Assembly: GCA_048013815.1 (NCBI GenBank)
Contig: CM106586.1
Span: 15,872,001 to 15,936,000 of the forward strand
Direction of reading: 5' to 3'
Source of the DNA: Setoptus koraiensis
Taxonomy: Eukaryota > Animalia > Arthropoda
Length of the DNA: 64,000 nt
Shown here: piece by piece, positions 25,746-39,403 of the stretch
Layout of the letters: every line of letters begins with the position of its first letter
How positions within the stretch are numbered: position 1 is the first letter of the stretch
The notes under the pieces: model-generated
The model's input: only the letters and a program-made list of their open reading frames with translations
The model's database searches: none
What the model was told of the DNA's origin: nothing
Made by a program: the position numbers and the translations under genes

Positions 25746-28700
25746 ACCGGCGCACAACAGAGATAAATGGCCCGCGATGGTGCCCACGCTGTCTGTGCCG
25801 GGCGCGCACAATTGGCACAATTGGCGGCTACCTGTGGCGAGCTCGTCGCTCATTGTCGCGCTGGCCGATTGATTGTGTGATTGTTGTTGTCGCGGTTGTT
25901 GCCGCTGTTGTCGCTGTTGTCGCCGTTGTCGCTGTTGTCGCCGTTGTCGCTGTTGTCGCCGTTGTCGTCGTTGTCGCCATTGTCGTCGGTGTCGCGGCCA
26001 GCCCCACGCTGGGCCCCATTCTGGCGACGCGCACACGCACGCCGAGAACAAGCGCGTGTTACACGCACGCCGTTTGGCCGTTGTTACAACGAGCACAACT
26101 TATGCGGCACAACAATCGCACGAGCGTATATCACAATCGCTGCGCGCAAACGTGCCGGGCCCCAAGAACGTGCCTAGGCGCTCTCGATGGATGAGCCGTT
26201 TTGCGGTTGCACGCACGCCAGCGTCACTGTCCGTGCCACCACGCCAGCGCATACATAACACATATCCCACGACAACGGTGCCCCCAACGACGGTCCCCCA
26301 ATAACGGTCCCCTCGTTGCGTAATCAGTCGGTGTGTGTGTGTGTGTGTCGCAACCGATTGACTTGTGTCGGCCTGATTACGTCATCAGGCAGCAGCATGT
26401 TGCGCGCGTTATCAGCGCGCCAACACGCGCACGCACTTTATTTGGCCCCCATTTATGAGGCGCATTAAATGGCTGTCGTTGTTGTTGTTGCTGTTGTTGT
26501 TGATGTTGTTGTTGTTATGTAACCGAGTTGTGTAACCGTGTTGTGCAACCGTGCTGTGCGACAACGACAACCGGCCAGCATAAGCCGGCAGACGGGCGAT
26601 TTGGGGCCGGCGTCAGCGGCGGGCCCGAGCTTGCTGACGGGCGTGCGAAAATGATTGACACGGCGCAATGTGAGCAATGTGCGCAACGTCAATCTGTGCG
26701 CCAACATGATGCTTGCGCAATGTCAATCTGTGCGCCAACACGATGCTGTCGGCCCGTGTGACAACCGGATCAATCTAATGAACCAGCCAACGCGACACGC
26801 CTTCACTCAAACCCCTTTTGCCCTCACAAAGTCGGGGGGCCACGTCCAGTGCGACTAATTGGCGATGCGGCCCGAACAGGGGCGCTCGGGCCGGTGGGCG
26901 TGTGCTGCGGGGGCTCGCTGCTTCTGGACAGAGTGCGATGCGACGGTCGGGCCGCCCAGTCACGGGCGCGAGTCAAGGGGCCGCGTGCCAGATTGAATTT
27001 GAATCAATTACGCATCACATCAGTTGATGCGCTCCGGCCGAAATTGCCCCTTTGGCTGGCCCGGCCAGCATCAACTGATGCGCTGCGAACCTCTAGCCGG
27101 GGCCCCAATTTCGTTGGCCCCGCTTTGACTCGTCTCGTTTGGCCCCGCTTTGACTGGTCTGGCCGGAGATCGGGCCGGCTGACGGGCCCCAAACGCGGGC
27201 ACAGAGCGACGCACAAAGCGAAATTTGCAATATCGCTTTCGGAAATTTCTTGCATGAGGGCGCTCGCTGACAGAATGGGCAACCAAACGGACAATTGACG
27301 CCCGCATCGGCGCCAGTAGGTGTCACGACGGTCGTCAGTGGCGCGCATCCGGTTGCGGCCGCATCTGATATCTCAAAGTCCGGCGCTCAACGGGCACCAA
27401 CGTGCCGCCGACTGGGGCGCGCTAACAAGCGTTAAATTGGCCCCACAACGGCGACAATAAATATGTTTGCGTCTTAATTATGGCCGGCTCGTCGGTTGCG
27501 AGTTTGCTCAATTTGTTTGCCATTTTGCGTGTCGCCCGGCGCTCGTGACTCGGGGCGGATTTGCGGCGCCGCCGGGACGCGATGCGGCCGACATGCTACC
27601 CTTTTTTACAATATTCCGCCAGCATCACTGCGCCGCCGATGCCTCTGGCGCGATTTGGGTGCCTCCGGTGTCACGAGCGGCTCCGGTGTCACATTGGGCG
27701 AGCGCTCCCGCGTCACAATGGGCGAGCGGCTCCCGCGTCACAGTGGGCCGAGCGGCCCGGCGGGCCCGGCCAGCCTGGCGAGCGTGAAGTTGGCCCGACT
27801 CTCGATCGGTGGCGCCCTCGAGCAGGCTGACAGGCGTTGCGAGCGCCGCGCCGCCCGGATAAACGGATGAACGGATGGCCCGATGATGGACGGCAACTCG
27901 TTGCTCTCGGACGGGCGCATCGCGCCGCCGCATTTATGGGCCTTTTATGGGTGGCTCGGCGGCCGTTGTATTGTTGTTATTGTATTATTAGTGCGCCCGA
28001 ATGCAAAGTTATAAAGTTATAACTCTGTATTTGTTATAATGCGCCACGCGTTTATTGGCCCTTTATGGCTCCCTCTGTCTCTGTGCGCTCGTTTGTCGGC
28101 CGGCCCGCGGCCCGCGGGCCGCGAGCGTGCCCAGTGGCCAGTGGGCGAGCCATGGGCGCTAGTGGTCACTTTGACAACATTGACAACAAGCGGCTAATTG
28201 TCGCTGTCGTTAGCGTTGTTTGCTGTTGTCGTTGCTGGCGCTGCTGTCGTGGTCGTCGCTGATGTTGTTGTTATTGTCGTTGTTGTTATTGTCGTTGTTG
28301 TTATTGTCGCTGTCGTCGCTGTTGGCTTGCGCCAGGTAGCACCGGCAAACGAACAACGAGCGACTGCTAACAAGTGGCCACAGCAAGTCAATCACATGCC
28401 ACCATCAGCTGGCCAGGTGAGCGAGCGGGCACAAAATGACAACCGGTTGACATTTGCCGTTTGACGTTTCGTGCGCGCAAAGTGTGCCGAGCTGGACACA
28501 CGCACGCGTCCACTATTAACTAATTTACGACCGCTCACCTTGTTTGCGCCGGTTGTTGTCGCTGTTGTCGTTGTCGCTGTCGTTGTTGTCGTTGTTGTCG
28601 TTGTTGTCGTGCCAATTGCCGTTGTGCCAATAGTATATAGTTTGGTGTGCCAAGCGGCAATTATTGGGCGCTCGCAATCGCCGTCGATGGCCGGCGATCC

Positions 28701-31037
28701 ATGGGCCGTTTATTGGCGTGACCGACACAAATGGCCCAGCGACAACAGCGCCAACGGCCACACCAACAACAACATCACCGACTGCAACGACAACGACGAC
28801 AACAACAACAACACCACCGACTGCAGCGACACTGAACGGCACGCTCACTTGTCATGGCAACCACAACTACAACTGGCACGCTCAACTCTTTACATCGATT
28901 ATAATTGCCAGCAGCAGCCATTTGACCATTTGACGGCCCGAGAGCGGCCGAAATTTAATTTGGCCGCTCTCTCGGTTTTTGCTGGCTCGCAATTTGTCAC
29001 TTTTTCACCCTTCGACCGCTCATTATCAACGCTGATCCGACTTTTAAATTGTTGTCAAACTGAATGATTCCGCGGCGCTCGGGCGCGCCAACAAATTGCG
29101 CCCTTTTGTCAACTCAATCACTGGCGCAACTCGAGCACGGGCCGCCGCCCTTGTGTGTGCCGAGCAGCGGGCCGGCGCGGTCCGTGCGCGCCCTTGTGCG
29201 CCGCGGACGGGCGAGAGAGCCCGCGTGCACAATCGCAGCCAATCATGGGCAATTATAGGCGACGGGCTAATGGATATGTGGACTCCGTCTAGCGCCCCTG
29301 TGCGAGTCCATGCGAGTCGGCCCCGCCGGCGCGCCGTCTGTGCGGCGAGCGGGCGCACAGACTCTCGCAGGGGCGCCGCATAGACGGTCGGGCCGATAGA
29401 CGGCGCGACACAAATGCAGCGGAGGGGCGCATGCACTCTATTAAACGCCAATAGAGTAAAGTGGAGCCAGACAGATTATTGCAGCAGCCGAGCCGAGCCG
29501 AGCCGAGATTGCGAGCGAGCCGGCGAGTTATATGACGTAATGGCATTAACTAGAGTGACACTTTTTATTCAACTGTCACAAGCGTCGCGCCAGACGACGG
29601 CTAATAGAGCCTCTCTTTTTATTACTGGCGGCATTGATTGCGTAACTGACACCCCTGCGCCATTGTTATGGCTGCCAGCGGCTTTTAAGTCCGCTCGCCG
29701 AGCCGGCGGGCCCCCGTTGCAGTCGTAATTTGGCGCCACCGTCCAACTGTAAACTGTTTGTCTGTTTGTTGTCGTTGCGCAACAACACAACGCGACACAA
29801 ACGCAAACAACAGATAACTGCTGCCTTTGCGCCAATAACTCACCCGCCTAACTAGCCGCCACTTAACACTTGCGGCGCCGCGGGACCCCCGAGCCGGCCC
29901 GCCACGCCCGCCTTAATTACTGTGTGCGGTCCGACAGACAGTCGGCCGGGCCGACTCTGTCGACGCCAACGCGGGCCGGCCCGATGGGCCGGCCCGGACG
30001 ACTGTTTGTCGCGGCGCGGAGACATGCGATGCGAGCATGCGAGGCGAGCACAAGAGGCGGGTATGTGAGCCGGGTGTGCGAGCCGGGTGTGTGATGTGGC
30101 GGGCCCATTAAGTCATTATGGTCGTGGCGCGGGTGCGTGTGTCCATGTCCGCCGGCCATCGAGTCGCGGGCGCCGCAACAAGCGAGTTATAACAGTGTCA
30201 CAACAGTGTTATAACAGTGTTGGCAAACAAGCCAACAATGGCGAGAATAAATTAACATGTTTATGAATCACTTTCTGCTCGGGCTGGCGTTGCGTCATAA
30301 CTATCGGCAGTGGCTATGAGCTTGTTGTCAGATTAGATATTACTTATTATTATGTTTCGCCGGCCGGCCATTGTTGACTGATGCACTCGCCGCCTCCAAG
30401 TGGCCGGCCCATGCAACAAAATCGCCGGCGACACATGAGATCTATATCGCGCTCGTATGTTAATATGGCCAACTAATAGAATATTTGCGGTTTAATCTTT
30501 TGTTTGTCGCTGTCGCAACACACTTTTTGTGTCGCGTTGTTTTTGTCGGCCGCTATGCGCCGCATTGGCTCGGCCGCTATGCGCCGCATTGGCTCGGCCG
30601 CTACGCGGCGCCCGTCGCGGCGTTCGGGCCGCCGGCCGGCGCGCATGCGGCCGGATACGGCGACACCAGATACCCGGATATTTCGAGCGCAATTTCAAGC
30701 GCAATTTGCGCTCAAGTGGCCGCCGTGCGGCCTGGCATCGGCGGCGCGTCGATCGGCGGTCGGCGCCGACGGGACGTGCCCCGGCCCCCAATCACGTACC
30801 GTGCCCACACACGCGCATTATGCAGCGAGCCGGCGAGCCAGCCAGCCAGCAGTCGACGACGTCAAATATCCTCTGGAGCATGGCGCTGTCTAGACGAGTG
30901 CCTATAATGGGCGCCCCAGTCGGCGCATTATATAATGCGGCGATATAATGCGGCTCGCGCTCGCTAACGCGCCGTTTGCGTGCTGTTTGTGTGCTGTTTG
31001 AACAAGGTACACACTTATGAGCCATAACTTATAACAC

Positions 31038-31104
31038 TGTTATATAACCGATGTTATATAAGCGCTGTTATATAACCGTTGTTATATAACCGATGTTATA
31101 TAAC
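31038..31104. repeat. Tandem repeat, 14-bp unit TGTTATATAACCGA-like x4.8
   Basis: Read directly; core palindrome GTTATATAAC. Confidence 0.9.
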
Positions 31105-34100
31105 AACGAGGGGGCCGCCGCCACTGACGCCGCCGACCAAACAAACATTCGACAAACAACAAACACAAACAATGAACGGGGGCCACTTTGCGGCTTACTG
31201 TTTCACTGGCGGCCGGCCCGCAGCGCTCGCGCCAGCGTTCGGGGCCCGACAACACGACCAACCGAGATATACAGCCAACCGGGCCGGTATGTTTGAAACG
31301 GACGGAATATATAAAAAAGGCAGGGGCGCGAAAAACAAAACACGACGCCCGCTGCAAGCAAACAATTTGCGGCGCGGCTAGCCTGCGGTCGAATGTGGCC
31401 CGCGCAGGCCCCCGACGAGCCGCCGACGAGCCGCCGACAAGCGAGCGCCCCGAACGAGCGAGCGCCCCACAACAACTGCGCCAAAACAACGGCGAGCAGT
31501 TGTTTTGGGGCCCCGATTGCCGGCACCGCTTGGGACTGCACAACAAGTGCAGTCATAAGTTGAGTTATCGCCGCATTCATGACCATTATCACTTATGTAT
31601 GCCGTCGAAGGCGCCCCATCACAGTGATATATTATGTGCGATATGTTGTTGCTGCTGTTGCTGCTGTTGTTGCTGTTGTTGCTGCAGTAGTTGTAGTTGC
31701 TGGCGTCGTTGTAGTTGTTGTTGCTGTTGTCTGTGATATATTGGCTCGCGATCATATCACGGGCGACAATATATACTGAATGCTGATAATACGTGACGCA
31801 ACAGTGCACCGGTTCACACACACATATCATCGCGGTTGCGTAACTGTGTGTGTGTTGTTGTTACATGACTAGTGGCTGTTTTATTATGTATTGCGTAATA
31901 CGTAACTAGTAGCCGCTGTTACGTAACCAGAGGCTGCTGGTCGCCGGTGGGCAACGGCCCCAGAAACAAACAAACTACAGTCATTAATGTAGTGGGCGCG
32001 CACCAGTGCTACTACTAGTACGCCCTTCTAGGGTACAACTGTGCCCGCCGCCACCGAGCGCCGCTGTCACCGAGTGCCGGCCCCACCGAGTACCCAGCCG
32101 GCCCAGCCGGCTGAGGCGTCACCAATGTATGTGTGCTATTACGGCGCGCGAGGTACTTGCAAACGACGGGATGGGCGTGAATGTCGGACACATTCGGGCG
32201 ACACTCGGGCGACACTCGGGCGACGTTCGGGCGACACTCGGGCGACGTTCGAGCGCAAACACAATGAATACATGCAGTGTCCGGCGCGGGCAATAAAAAT
32301 GCCCCGACCGACGGAATAAATCGGTATAAATACAAATGCGGCGGACACGTTGCGGGCCCATTGTGTTGCGCTGTCAATCTCGGTCACTTTAATCAAGTGC
32401 GACAACAATACGCGCGCACTGCCCAAGTTACCTAATAGTACATAATGGCGCGCGATAGCACGCAGTACGCACAGTAGCCAGCAGTGCGCAGTAATATTAC
32501 GTAATAGTAATACTAATAATGTAATAAGGTAATTATAATAACAGTGCTGCTGTTGATGACGCAACAGCACAGTCGTTGCGAGTCAAGCTCAAATAAAACT
32601 CACACTCTCATACATACTGGCACAACACGCTCGTATACTCATGGCAATACATATAATAGTGATCAATTGATATATATAGGTAACGGTAATGATGATGGGG
32701 CCCGGCGGTGCTGCCGGGCGCATACGTTTTTGCGGGCTCCCGACGCGCCAATCCAGCGATACCCGTGTCCGGCTAACTGTCGGGTATCGGGTAGTGCGGC
32801 CAGCGGGCCGCATTGGGGGTGGCATGGGGCGAACAGTTTGCCGAATCGTCAGCTGACTTATAAGTCAAATGTATATATGTCAGCGAGCGCTAAGCCGGTG
32901 GCTGCCGTAAATGGTCGTGATTAGTTGTTGAGGCCAAGCCGCCATTGGCGCTGGTGTCAGCGCAATTAATTATTGCGCAACAACCAACTGTCTCAAGTGT
33001 TTGCCTGTCCACTGTGTGTTGTGTCAATAATAACAATAATTTTTGCCGATAATGGACAATACCGAGCTCGCAGCCCGGCTGCCCGCTGTGTCACACGGGT
33101 ATTTGTGGCGCACGGGTATGTGCGTCGCACGGGTATTTGCGTCGCACGGGTATTTGTGGCACATTTGCGCGGGCCGCTATAATGCGCGCCTCCAATCATG
33201 TCATATCAATGATGTGATATCATCACGTCACGATGGCGCGGGTACGCTCCGTGGTGCGGCGGGTATGCGTGTGGGCGGGCGCAAATGGCCTGCTTAGTGA
33301 GCGGCTCAATTGAGTGGCCCTCGGATATTAGTTATATTGGTTTGTAGGAGCGACTGTAATGTGCGTCAGGCGGACACAAGCCTCATTTCGGTTCAGTCGG
33401 GCCGGCCGAATGCGCGCCGTCCATTCAATTGGCGATTTTGTGCGGTCCGTCGGCGGCGGCGATCGGGTCGGCGGCGCCGATTACAGCGCCCATAGCAGCG
33501 CCCAGTGGATGGTTTGTGTAAGCCAGAGTAGCAAGTAGTTATTACGTAACATGTTGCTACACAAACAGGCCCAGTTAGCCAGTTACGTGTGTGTGTGTGT
33601 GTCGCTGGCGTGTTATATGTTGATTGTTACGTATGTTTAACAGGAACACTCACAACAGCGCCGCTGGCTGCTACTAATGGACTCTTGTTGACAATTGCGT
33701 CATCAATGAAGTGAGCTAACCACTTAACACGTAGCGACGAGTCGCTGCACAAGTCGCTAGGTGCAAACAAGATGTGCGATATTTATCTCTCTCAATGATC
33801 TGCTCGCTGTCTCTCGCCGCTGTTGGCGAGCCCGCTATTACGCAACGGCGGCATTACGCGGCGGCAGCGGCGGCATTACCCGGCGGCAGCGGCGGCATTA
33901 CGCAACGGCGTCAATGGCGCCAATGGCGCCAATGGGCCAGAATTGCGCAACGAGCCAATATTGCGCAACGGCCATCGGGTCGTTGAGCGGCAGCACAACA
34001 CTGTGCGAGACGTGCTGACAGACAAGTGGCCATTATGTGGCGCATTGTATCTGATTGTATCGCATAAAAATCACAGCGGCACACGCAATGCCCTTAAGTT

Positions 34101-36977
34101 AATTGGCCGAGGGGCCAATGGGCACATATGGGCACACACACACACACACACAAACAGCGCGGCCATATAGCACCGGCACAGTGACGCATACACAACGCTG
34201 TGCGCCGCACATAATGCACACTGTGTATACGCACATAATGCACGCGCGGCACACAGTGCCAGTATGTATGCACTGCCGGACAATGGTCATCATCATTATT
34301 ATTTGAGCTACACTCTGATCCGAGCCGACGGGCCCCAATCGCGTTGGGGCCCCATTGCGTGGGGCCCGTCGGATCAGCGCGTCACACCGTTGCGACCAGA
34401 TAAGCGCCCCGGTGGCTCAGTGGCAGTCAATTCAACGGCAGCGGCCCTCAATTCAAATTTAATTGGCCCATTTATCTGCGGGCCGGGCGCCGCCGCCTGA
34501 GCTCGCCCGTTTCAATCGCTCGCAATCACCTGTCCCGCGGCTCGATAGTCGCCTTGCTGTTCATCGGCGACCGCCGCCCCGTCGTTGGGATTGTCGCCCG
34601 ATCGTTGGGATTGTCGCCGAGCGCCGCTGGCGGGCGATCGCGCAGATTAGCGGATCAGACGGCGCACGGAGCGGATTGGGCGCACCGGGCGCACTAGACA
34701 GGCCGCGCCAGACGGGCCAGACACAGGTACCAGACAGTGATTAATCAATTATTCAATAGTGTGCCAGAGCGAACATGGCAACGGCCAAATGCAAACAAAT
34801 AGTCGCGCTAACTAATATTGATTCGCCCAATCAACGCTGTCACCCGAGCCTCGGTGCCGCTCGGGCCGGCCCGTTCCCGTGGGTGCGCGTCGGCCGTCGG
34901 GCGGCCGTCGAGCGGCCGGCACTTCAATTAGCGGCACCGATATAGGTGACTAATTAGTTGTCGATGGTGCGATGGTCGTCGACTAGCAGCAAACAAAGAG
35001 CGCGCCGAGAGTGACCGTTGCCGGCTGCGTTCCGTTAGCCCGAGCGGCATTCTGGTTTTAGTTGGATTTTGAGTAGCCGAGTGGACACTTTTGGGCACCG
35101 TCAGTGTAACGGGCCGGCGCTCGCAAATGAACGAATTAACCGAATGAATTAATGGCTGGCACAACTGGCCAAAAACAATGCAAACAATTTCATATGCGCA
35201 AATGATCATAACGGCAAATTAGTCACTTAGCCGCCACCAAGCGCCACAAGCGGCGCAGCATGCTGTTAATATGGAAATTATTAACAACTTTGGCCAACTT
35301 TGATTATTATTCGGCCGTGATTTTAATCATCGATTTGCCCGTATCCACGGCACATCCACCGATCGAAATATCCACCGATCGACACATCCACGGCTCGGCA
35401 TATCCACGGCTCGGCATATCCACGGCTCGGCATATCCACGATGATGGTCGCGACACACACGAGACGGACATGTCCACGATGGATCGATATTCACGCTCGG
35501 ATAATGTGTGCGCCGATATGTCGTCTCGGGCGAGGGACTTTCGCTAATTGCAACGGCCGCTAATGACTCTCCGAACCTGAGCCATGGGCAGCGTTTTGGC
35601 CAAACTTGTCGGTGGCTGCATTGGGGCTTCCTTTTGCGGCCGGCAGCATGTTTTATTGTCGTCTGTCTAATTTTTTATATCTGTTTGTTTATGTGGAGCC
35701 ATAAATATAAATATCATAAATGAAGCCTCGGCCGTCATGCCACTTACAAGCGCGCCGAGCGGAGTCGCCCGCGAACGGTATCAAAAGTCAATTCTGTCGC
35801 TCTGTCTATCGGCTCGTCCCGTTGGGGCGATAGAGAGAGAGAGAATCGGCGATTGGCGGCTCCAGTTGAACATTTCACACTGAACATTTCGGCGGATGGT
35901 CGGCCGGTCGATCGGCGCCGATCACAGATAGGCGACCAATTAATGGCATCGCGGTCTATAAAATGTGACTTGTAAAAATGCGAAAATCTCAAATCGCTTC
36001 GCCGAAAATTATCAATCAGTTCGCGGCGCTGATCTATTGGCGGCCGCGCCGACAAACCGACGACAGGCGGCCATCAAAGCGCCGGAAGATGCGCATCTTA
36101 TCGTCTCATTTCTTTCACTTTCTGTTTTGTCCGCCAGGTACCGGGTTGATTTATGCGACATTTTTATTCACGGCACACCGCCAAATATCCGGCCAATTGG
36201 CCGATTGTCCGGCGATTGTCCGGCCGATATAGTTTGTTTGGGTGCGCAATGTTTGCTGGCCGTCGTTTAGTTGCGGGGCCGGCGCGCAGATGGCGCCTCG
36301 CCGGCGGACAACACCAGCGACTAGTGACTAGTGTACTATGTAGTATGTAGTGTGTAGTGTGTGTGTGCGATCGTTGTTTGCGCTGGCGTATGTACGGATG
36401 TCGTCGTCGTGGTCGGTGTTGCCGTTGGCACGATGTTAGCGGCCACCAAACAACGGCAGCAACAACAGCAACAACAACAACTACAAACAACTACCACAAA
36501 CAGACAGCGAGCGCAAGCGGCGCAAACACAGCAGATAATGCAACAAATTTGCATAAATTTTACGCCAATCAAAGCGTCGCAAAATGTGGCAAAATGTGAC
36601 GGCGCACAGACAATGCGATTGTGTGTCGTCGACGCGATCAATTTGGCTGCCAGTTTGTAGTGTGTCGTGTCGCCTGGCCAGTCTGCAGTCTGCTGCCTGC
36701 TGCCTGCTGCAGGGACGGTTGCCGGGCTGGCAAGACGCCGTTGGCAAGCTCGCCGGCGATTGTTGTCGGCCGTTGCACAGGGCGCATTAATTGCGCACGA
36801 TGCGCAGTTGAAGCGTCCGGCGAGCAGTCGATGCGACCGGCGAGCAGTCGATGCGACCGGTGAGCAGTGTGCGCGATGAGGCGCGGTTGGCGTGGCGCCC
36901 ACCGGTGCACCGAGGAGCTCGCTGCACCGAGGAGCAGGCCGCGCCGTGGAGCTATCCGCACAGTCGAGCTGGCCGCG

Positions 36978-37115
36978 CAGTCTAGCCAGAGTTAGCTGCA
37001 CAGTCGAGCCAGAGCTAGCTGCACAGTCGAGCCAGAGCTAGCTGCACAGTCGAGCCAGAGTTAGCTGCACAGTCGAGCCAGAGCTAGCTGCGCAGTCTAG
37101 CCAGAGCTGGCTGGC
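36978..37115. repeat. Minisatellite, 23-bp unit CAGTC(G/T)AGCCAGAG(C/T)TAGCTGCA x6
   Basis: Six units at 36978, 37001, 37024, 37047, 37070 and 37093. Confidence 0.9.
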
Positions 37116-39034
37116 GTATGCTAATGGCGCTATTATATAACTTATAGCGACTAATAATTAAACTTTGCAGCGGCCGGTCCTGCCGATGGCGGCACGATCA
37201 TGACGGGCGCGGTGACGCGCCAACGATGCTAATGAACGAGCTGCGAGCTGCCAGCCGACGAGATGCTGCAAAATGCAAATTAGCCAAACATTAATGAAGC
37301 TTGTAGTTGCGCAACACAACACAATGTTGGATAGACGCTGGCAGTTTATACTTTATTTTATGCCGTGTTCATGAGCACTTATGCAGTGTGTTGTGCAGTT
37401 GTTGTTGCGTATGTTGTGCATGGGGATATACATTGAATTGTGAATGTTGTTGCGAGTGTTGTTGCGAGTGTTGTTGCGAGTGTTGTTGCGTATGTTGTGC
37501 GCGGATTGTGTGACGGGCCAATTGGCAACACGGCCGGTTGTTAACATAGTCGCTATCACTTGAGTGTGTTGCGTTGGACAGCAACAAAGTCGACAAAGCC
37601 GGATTGGAAATAAATAGAAGATAAATGGGAATTGGGCGCATCATTTTGACACTTGGCCGTCTTGTTGCTCTCGTTTGGCGCCGCTCGGCGCTTGCCACTA
37701 CAATGTTGCCAGTTCGAAGGCGGCTTGCTTCGAACGCGGCTTGCCACTCGGAACGGTTGCGCAACAGTCGAGCAGCAGCGGCAGCGGCAGTTTGTAAGAA
37801 ACAGCTAGTTAATTCATCGCCACCAGGGGTGCGTGAGTGCGTAGCTTGTCGTTACGTTTGTCAATTTTAACAGCCAGCTAGCTCGCCATTGTTACATTAT
37901 TATCTGGCTGCCACATAATGTTCTAATATCGAGCGACGTTGCGCAATTCAATTGGCTGAGCTGACAATTCGCTGGCAAGACAGCGAACACAGCGCGACAT
38001 AATGCAAGTGCTAATAATTGCGACACACACACACACACATCTATCCATCTAACAAGCACACAAAGTACACAGAAGTAGACAAGAATCGTTGACATTAAAA
38101 CATATGATAATTAGGCCTATAATACAACTGATGCAAACTGCAAGTTGCAGCCAATGACTTAATCATCGCCACTAAATACGACACTGCAACAACAGCAACT
38201 GCCAAATAAACACACTCGACGGCTAAATGGCTTCGGCGTTGTTGCGCAACGTATAATAACAACAACGTATAATAAATTAGCTGCAAATAAGCCAGCCAGC
38301 GCTTCAGGTGACACAGCATTTGCACATTTGCATCACTTTTGACATCATTTATTTGAATACATGATGAGCGTTTGGCACCAGAGATTAACTAACTAGAGCG
38401 ACTTTTAGCGGCTTTTATAAGCTTTTTATTGTAAGCTGCTGCTGCTGCTGCTGCTATTATTATCAGCTGACAAAGGCGCTTGGCAAATGATACGCAACGA
38501 CACAAAAGCTGCCAATGGTGCTGCCAGCACCACACAAATAAAACGACTAGCGAGCCTATAACGATTATGTAATGAATCTTGTCTAATAGCAACAATTATC
38601 TCTCTCGCTGGCGTGCTCGTTCCGTTGCACTTAACACATAATGTAATACACAACATTTGGCTCAATTTTTGCTCAATTATCTCAATTAGACACACGGCTA
38701 CAGCTGTTTAGGGCGAGTCTTGCCTAGTCTTGGCTAGTCTTGGCTAGTCTTGGCTAGTCTCGCGAGCCTCGCGAGCCTTGCGAGTCTCGCAAATGTCGAA
38801 ATAGCATGACACGGCCGCGCTCTTGTCCGGTGCTCACGATCGCGCACGATGGTGCACAGCGATGCACCGCGGTGCACCGCGGTGCGCCATGGTGCACGAC
38901 AGCGGCCTATATGTCGAGTCGATATTTGCATATGTCGTGTTGTTTGTGTAGCGGATTTGAGCGATTTTGAAAACAAACCCGGCCGCTAGCATCCCGGCCG
39001 CTAGTATCCCGGCCGCTAGTTCGAGCGTGCAGCC

Positions 39035-39107
39035 GAGTCAGATCGTCGAGAGTCAAATCGTCGAGAGTCAGATCGTCGAGAGTCAGATCGCCCAGAGTCA
39101 GATCGTC
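39035..39107. repeat. Tandem repeat, 15-bp unit GAGTCAGATCGTCGA x4.9
   Basis: Read directly from the sequence. Confidence 0.9.
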
Positions 39108-39183
39108 TGGCTGCGGCGAACACAGCGCGAGAAAACAAATCAAAGGCAAAGACAAGGGCTGTTAGGTGTTTTCAGTGATTGAT

Positions 39184-39189
39184 TTTATT
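39184..39189 (-). promoter_or_regulatory. Candidate polyadenylation signal (AATAAA) for Irx
   Basis: First AATAAA I found on the minus strand downstream of the stop codon (plus strand TTTATT), about 283 nt after TGA and after an AT-rich stretch. No transcript evidence. Confidence 0.4.
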
Positions 39190-39228
39190 CGTTCTGACAG
39201 GTTCGTTTGTCGTCGTCGTCGCATGACC

Positions 39229-39236
39229 TATTTACA
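39229..39236 (-). promoter_or_regulatory. Candidate Pumilio/PUF element (UGUAAAUA) in the putative Irx 3' UTR
   Basis: Minus strand TGTAAATA matches UGUAHAUA exactly, about 40 nt upstream of the candidate AATAAA. Confidence 0.3.
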
Positions 39237-39311
39237 GTTATTTTCAATAATCAATTAGCTCGTTCGCTGACGTTTTTGGTTTCAAATGATACATAGAGTG
39301 AGAGCGCGCGC

Positions 39312-39403
39312 AATAATAATAATAATAATAATAGTAATAATAATAATGGTAATAGTATATAGGTAATAGTCAATAATAAGTGAGATAGAGAGAGAGAGAG
39401 AGA
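39312..39403. repeat. (AAT)n tract (39312-39347) and (AG)n tract (39387-39403) in the putative Irx 3' UTR
   Basis: Read directly from the sequence. Confidence 0.85.

Noticed and set aside
36978-37115. 23-bp direct repeats (also 62337-62460) of CRISPR-like length
   Set aside because: The units are head-to-tail with no unique spacers, there are no cas genes, and the context is eukaryotic.
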